A DNA stretch of 64,000 bases from a virus. Under the pieces are notes generated by a model. That model saw only the letters and a program-made list of their open reading frames with translations. It did no database searches and had not been told where the DNA came from. The stretch lies in the IMG/VR virus record IMGVR_UViG_3300007504_000003, positions 32,001 to 96,000 of that record, one strand, 5' to 3'. The position numbers and the translations under genes are program-made. Positions 63,214-64,000 of this stretch are shown here, piece after piece (the first letter of the stretch is position 1; each line of letters opens with the position of its first letter).

Positions 63214-63657
63214 ATGGCGAAGGAAACTCTCCGTAGGAGAGCGATTCGGGTCGTGAAGGCTCAGCCGGTGGGGTCACCCTTGCGGCGACACTTGCTCGCA
63301 GCCCTGAAGCAGAGCTACGAGCCCTACCGGGAGTATGAGGATCATTATGAGGATGTGGAGCAACCATTCCCGAGCCGGCTAGCCCCCACTCGGGTGTCTC
63401 CGACCTCCTATCATCGTCGTCAGCGGGAGTTTCAATCCGTCGCTCGGGCGTGGAAGGGTTCCATCAGCTACGGGAGAAAGCGGGACGACTACTTCCTTTT
63501 TCTGGTGGTCTATGAGGACGGGGTCTTCTGGGAAGCCTTTCAAGATGGCGTCTGGGATGGGCCCGTGTTCGATGACAGCTACGACAACGACAGGCCGGAG
63601 TCGGTCTGGAGGCGGGTGGTGACGTCGGTGCTGGAAGACGACGGCTACGACTTCTGA
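63214..63657 (+). CDS. protein with N-terminal IRLA-like tag
   Basis: LRRRAIRVVKAQPVGSPLRRHLLAALKQS. Confidence 0.6.
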   Translation: MAKETLRRRAIRVVKAQPVGSPLRRHLLAALKQSYEPYREYEDHYEDVEQPFPSRLAPTRVSPTSYHRRQREFQSVARAWKGSISYGRKRDDYFLFLVVYEDGVFWEAFQDGVWDGPVFDDSYDNDRPESVWRRVVTSVLEDDGYDF

Positions 63658-63998
63658 ACGTGCAACAAGAGATCACGGGCTGAGCCATAGGGCTTGTCGA
63701 ATCCCAGGAGCGCGTTCCCATCCCTGTCCGCCTTTTTCACCCATTCCAGCATCTCGGGATCAAAGACCCCGATAGGGTCGGAGAAACAGGAGCCTGGGCG
63801 GTGCTGAGCGGCGTTCTGGGGCGGGTAAATGTCAGGGCTTACCCTGACCCCTAAGAGGGCTTCAAGAGCCTTGTAGAGGCGGCTGGAGTCCAGCAAGAGG
63901 TCAATCTGGAGGGGAGACCCGAAGGCCCATTCGGTCGTCCAGGTGAACAGCCCGGCTCTTCGATTGAGGAGACTCGGTCGGAAGTCCGGGTCCCCCTT
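63645..63998 (-). CDS. hypothetical protein, 5' end beyond the window
   Basis: Frame stays open to the right edge. Confidence 0.45.
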   Translation of the reverse strand, partial: KGDPDFRPSLLNRRAGLFTWTTEWAFGSPLQIDLLLDSSRLYKALEALLGVRVSPDIYPPQNAAQHRPGSCFSDPIGVFDPEMLEWVKKADRDGNALLGFDKPYGSARDLLLHVQKS

Positions 63999-64000
63999 GG

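Noticed and set aside
1-64000. Stop-codon reassignment (alternative genetic code)
   Set aside because: Code 11 gives long, tightly abutting genes, and TAG, TGA and TAA all occur at plausible gene ends.
1-64000. tRNA, rRNA, group I/II introns, reverse transcriptase/DGR, integrase or att sites
   Set aside because: None recognisable by eye. Intergenic space is minimal, but a tRNAscan/cmscan run was not possible.

Overview
This is a 64-kb slice of a large, GC-rich tailed dsDNA bacteriophage genome. Genes are densely packed, use standard code 11, lie mostly on the + strand, and point to a bacterial host. Layout: (1) 0.2-7.4 kb, replication/recombination genes (Cas4/AddB-like nuclease, beta clamp, C-terminal half of a Rad50/SbcC ATPase, TOPRIM primase, DnaX); (2) 7.4-8.5 kb, a NusG paralog and a sigma70-like factor; (3) 8.6-23.8 kb, small late proteins, thioredoxin, TerS, and intein-containing TerL and portal; (4) 23.8-25.5 kb, a minus-strand island; (5) 25.6-41.7 kb, eight multi-domain effector-like genes (LPD1, 2H phosphoesterase, CCA-type nucleotidyltransferase, five HExxH domains, four GNATs, two ART-like domains, topoisomerase IB); (6) 41.9-50.0 kb, prohead protease with two inteins, scaffold, decoration protein and major capsid protein; (7) 50.2-64 kb, a LAGLIDADG-methyltransferase fusion, a degenerate RecA, structural-like and small late genes. 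Strongest unexplained signal: otherwise unrelated proteins share two short peptide tags, RVAxR[YW]L (13 copies in 10 genes) and LRxxxIRLA..P.LR..LL (6 genes). Their domain junctions carry K/R-x-A-[S/G/A], and many of these genes follow a shared intergenic DNA motif, TA-N6-YTAT. I infer a tag-addressed, protease-processed virion cargo system. That is a hypothesis from reading by eye; no searches or computations were run.
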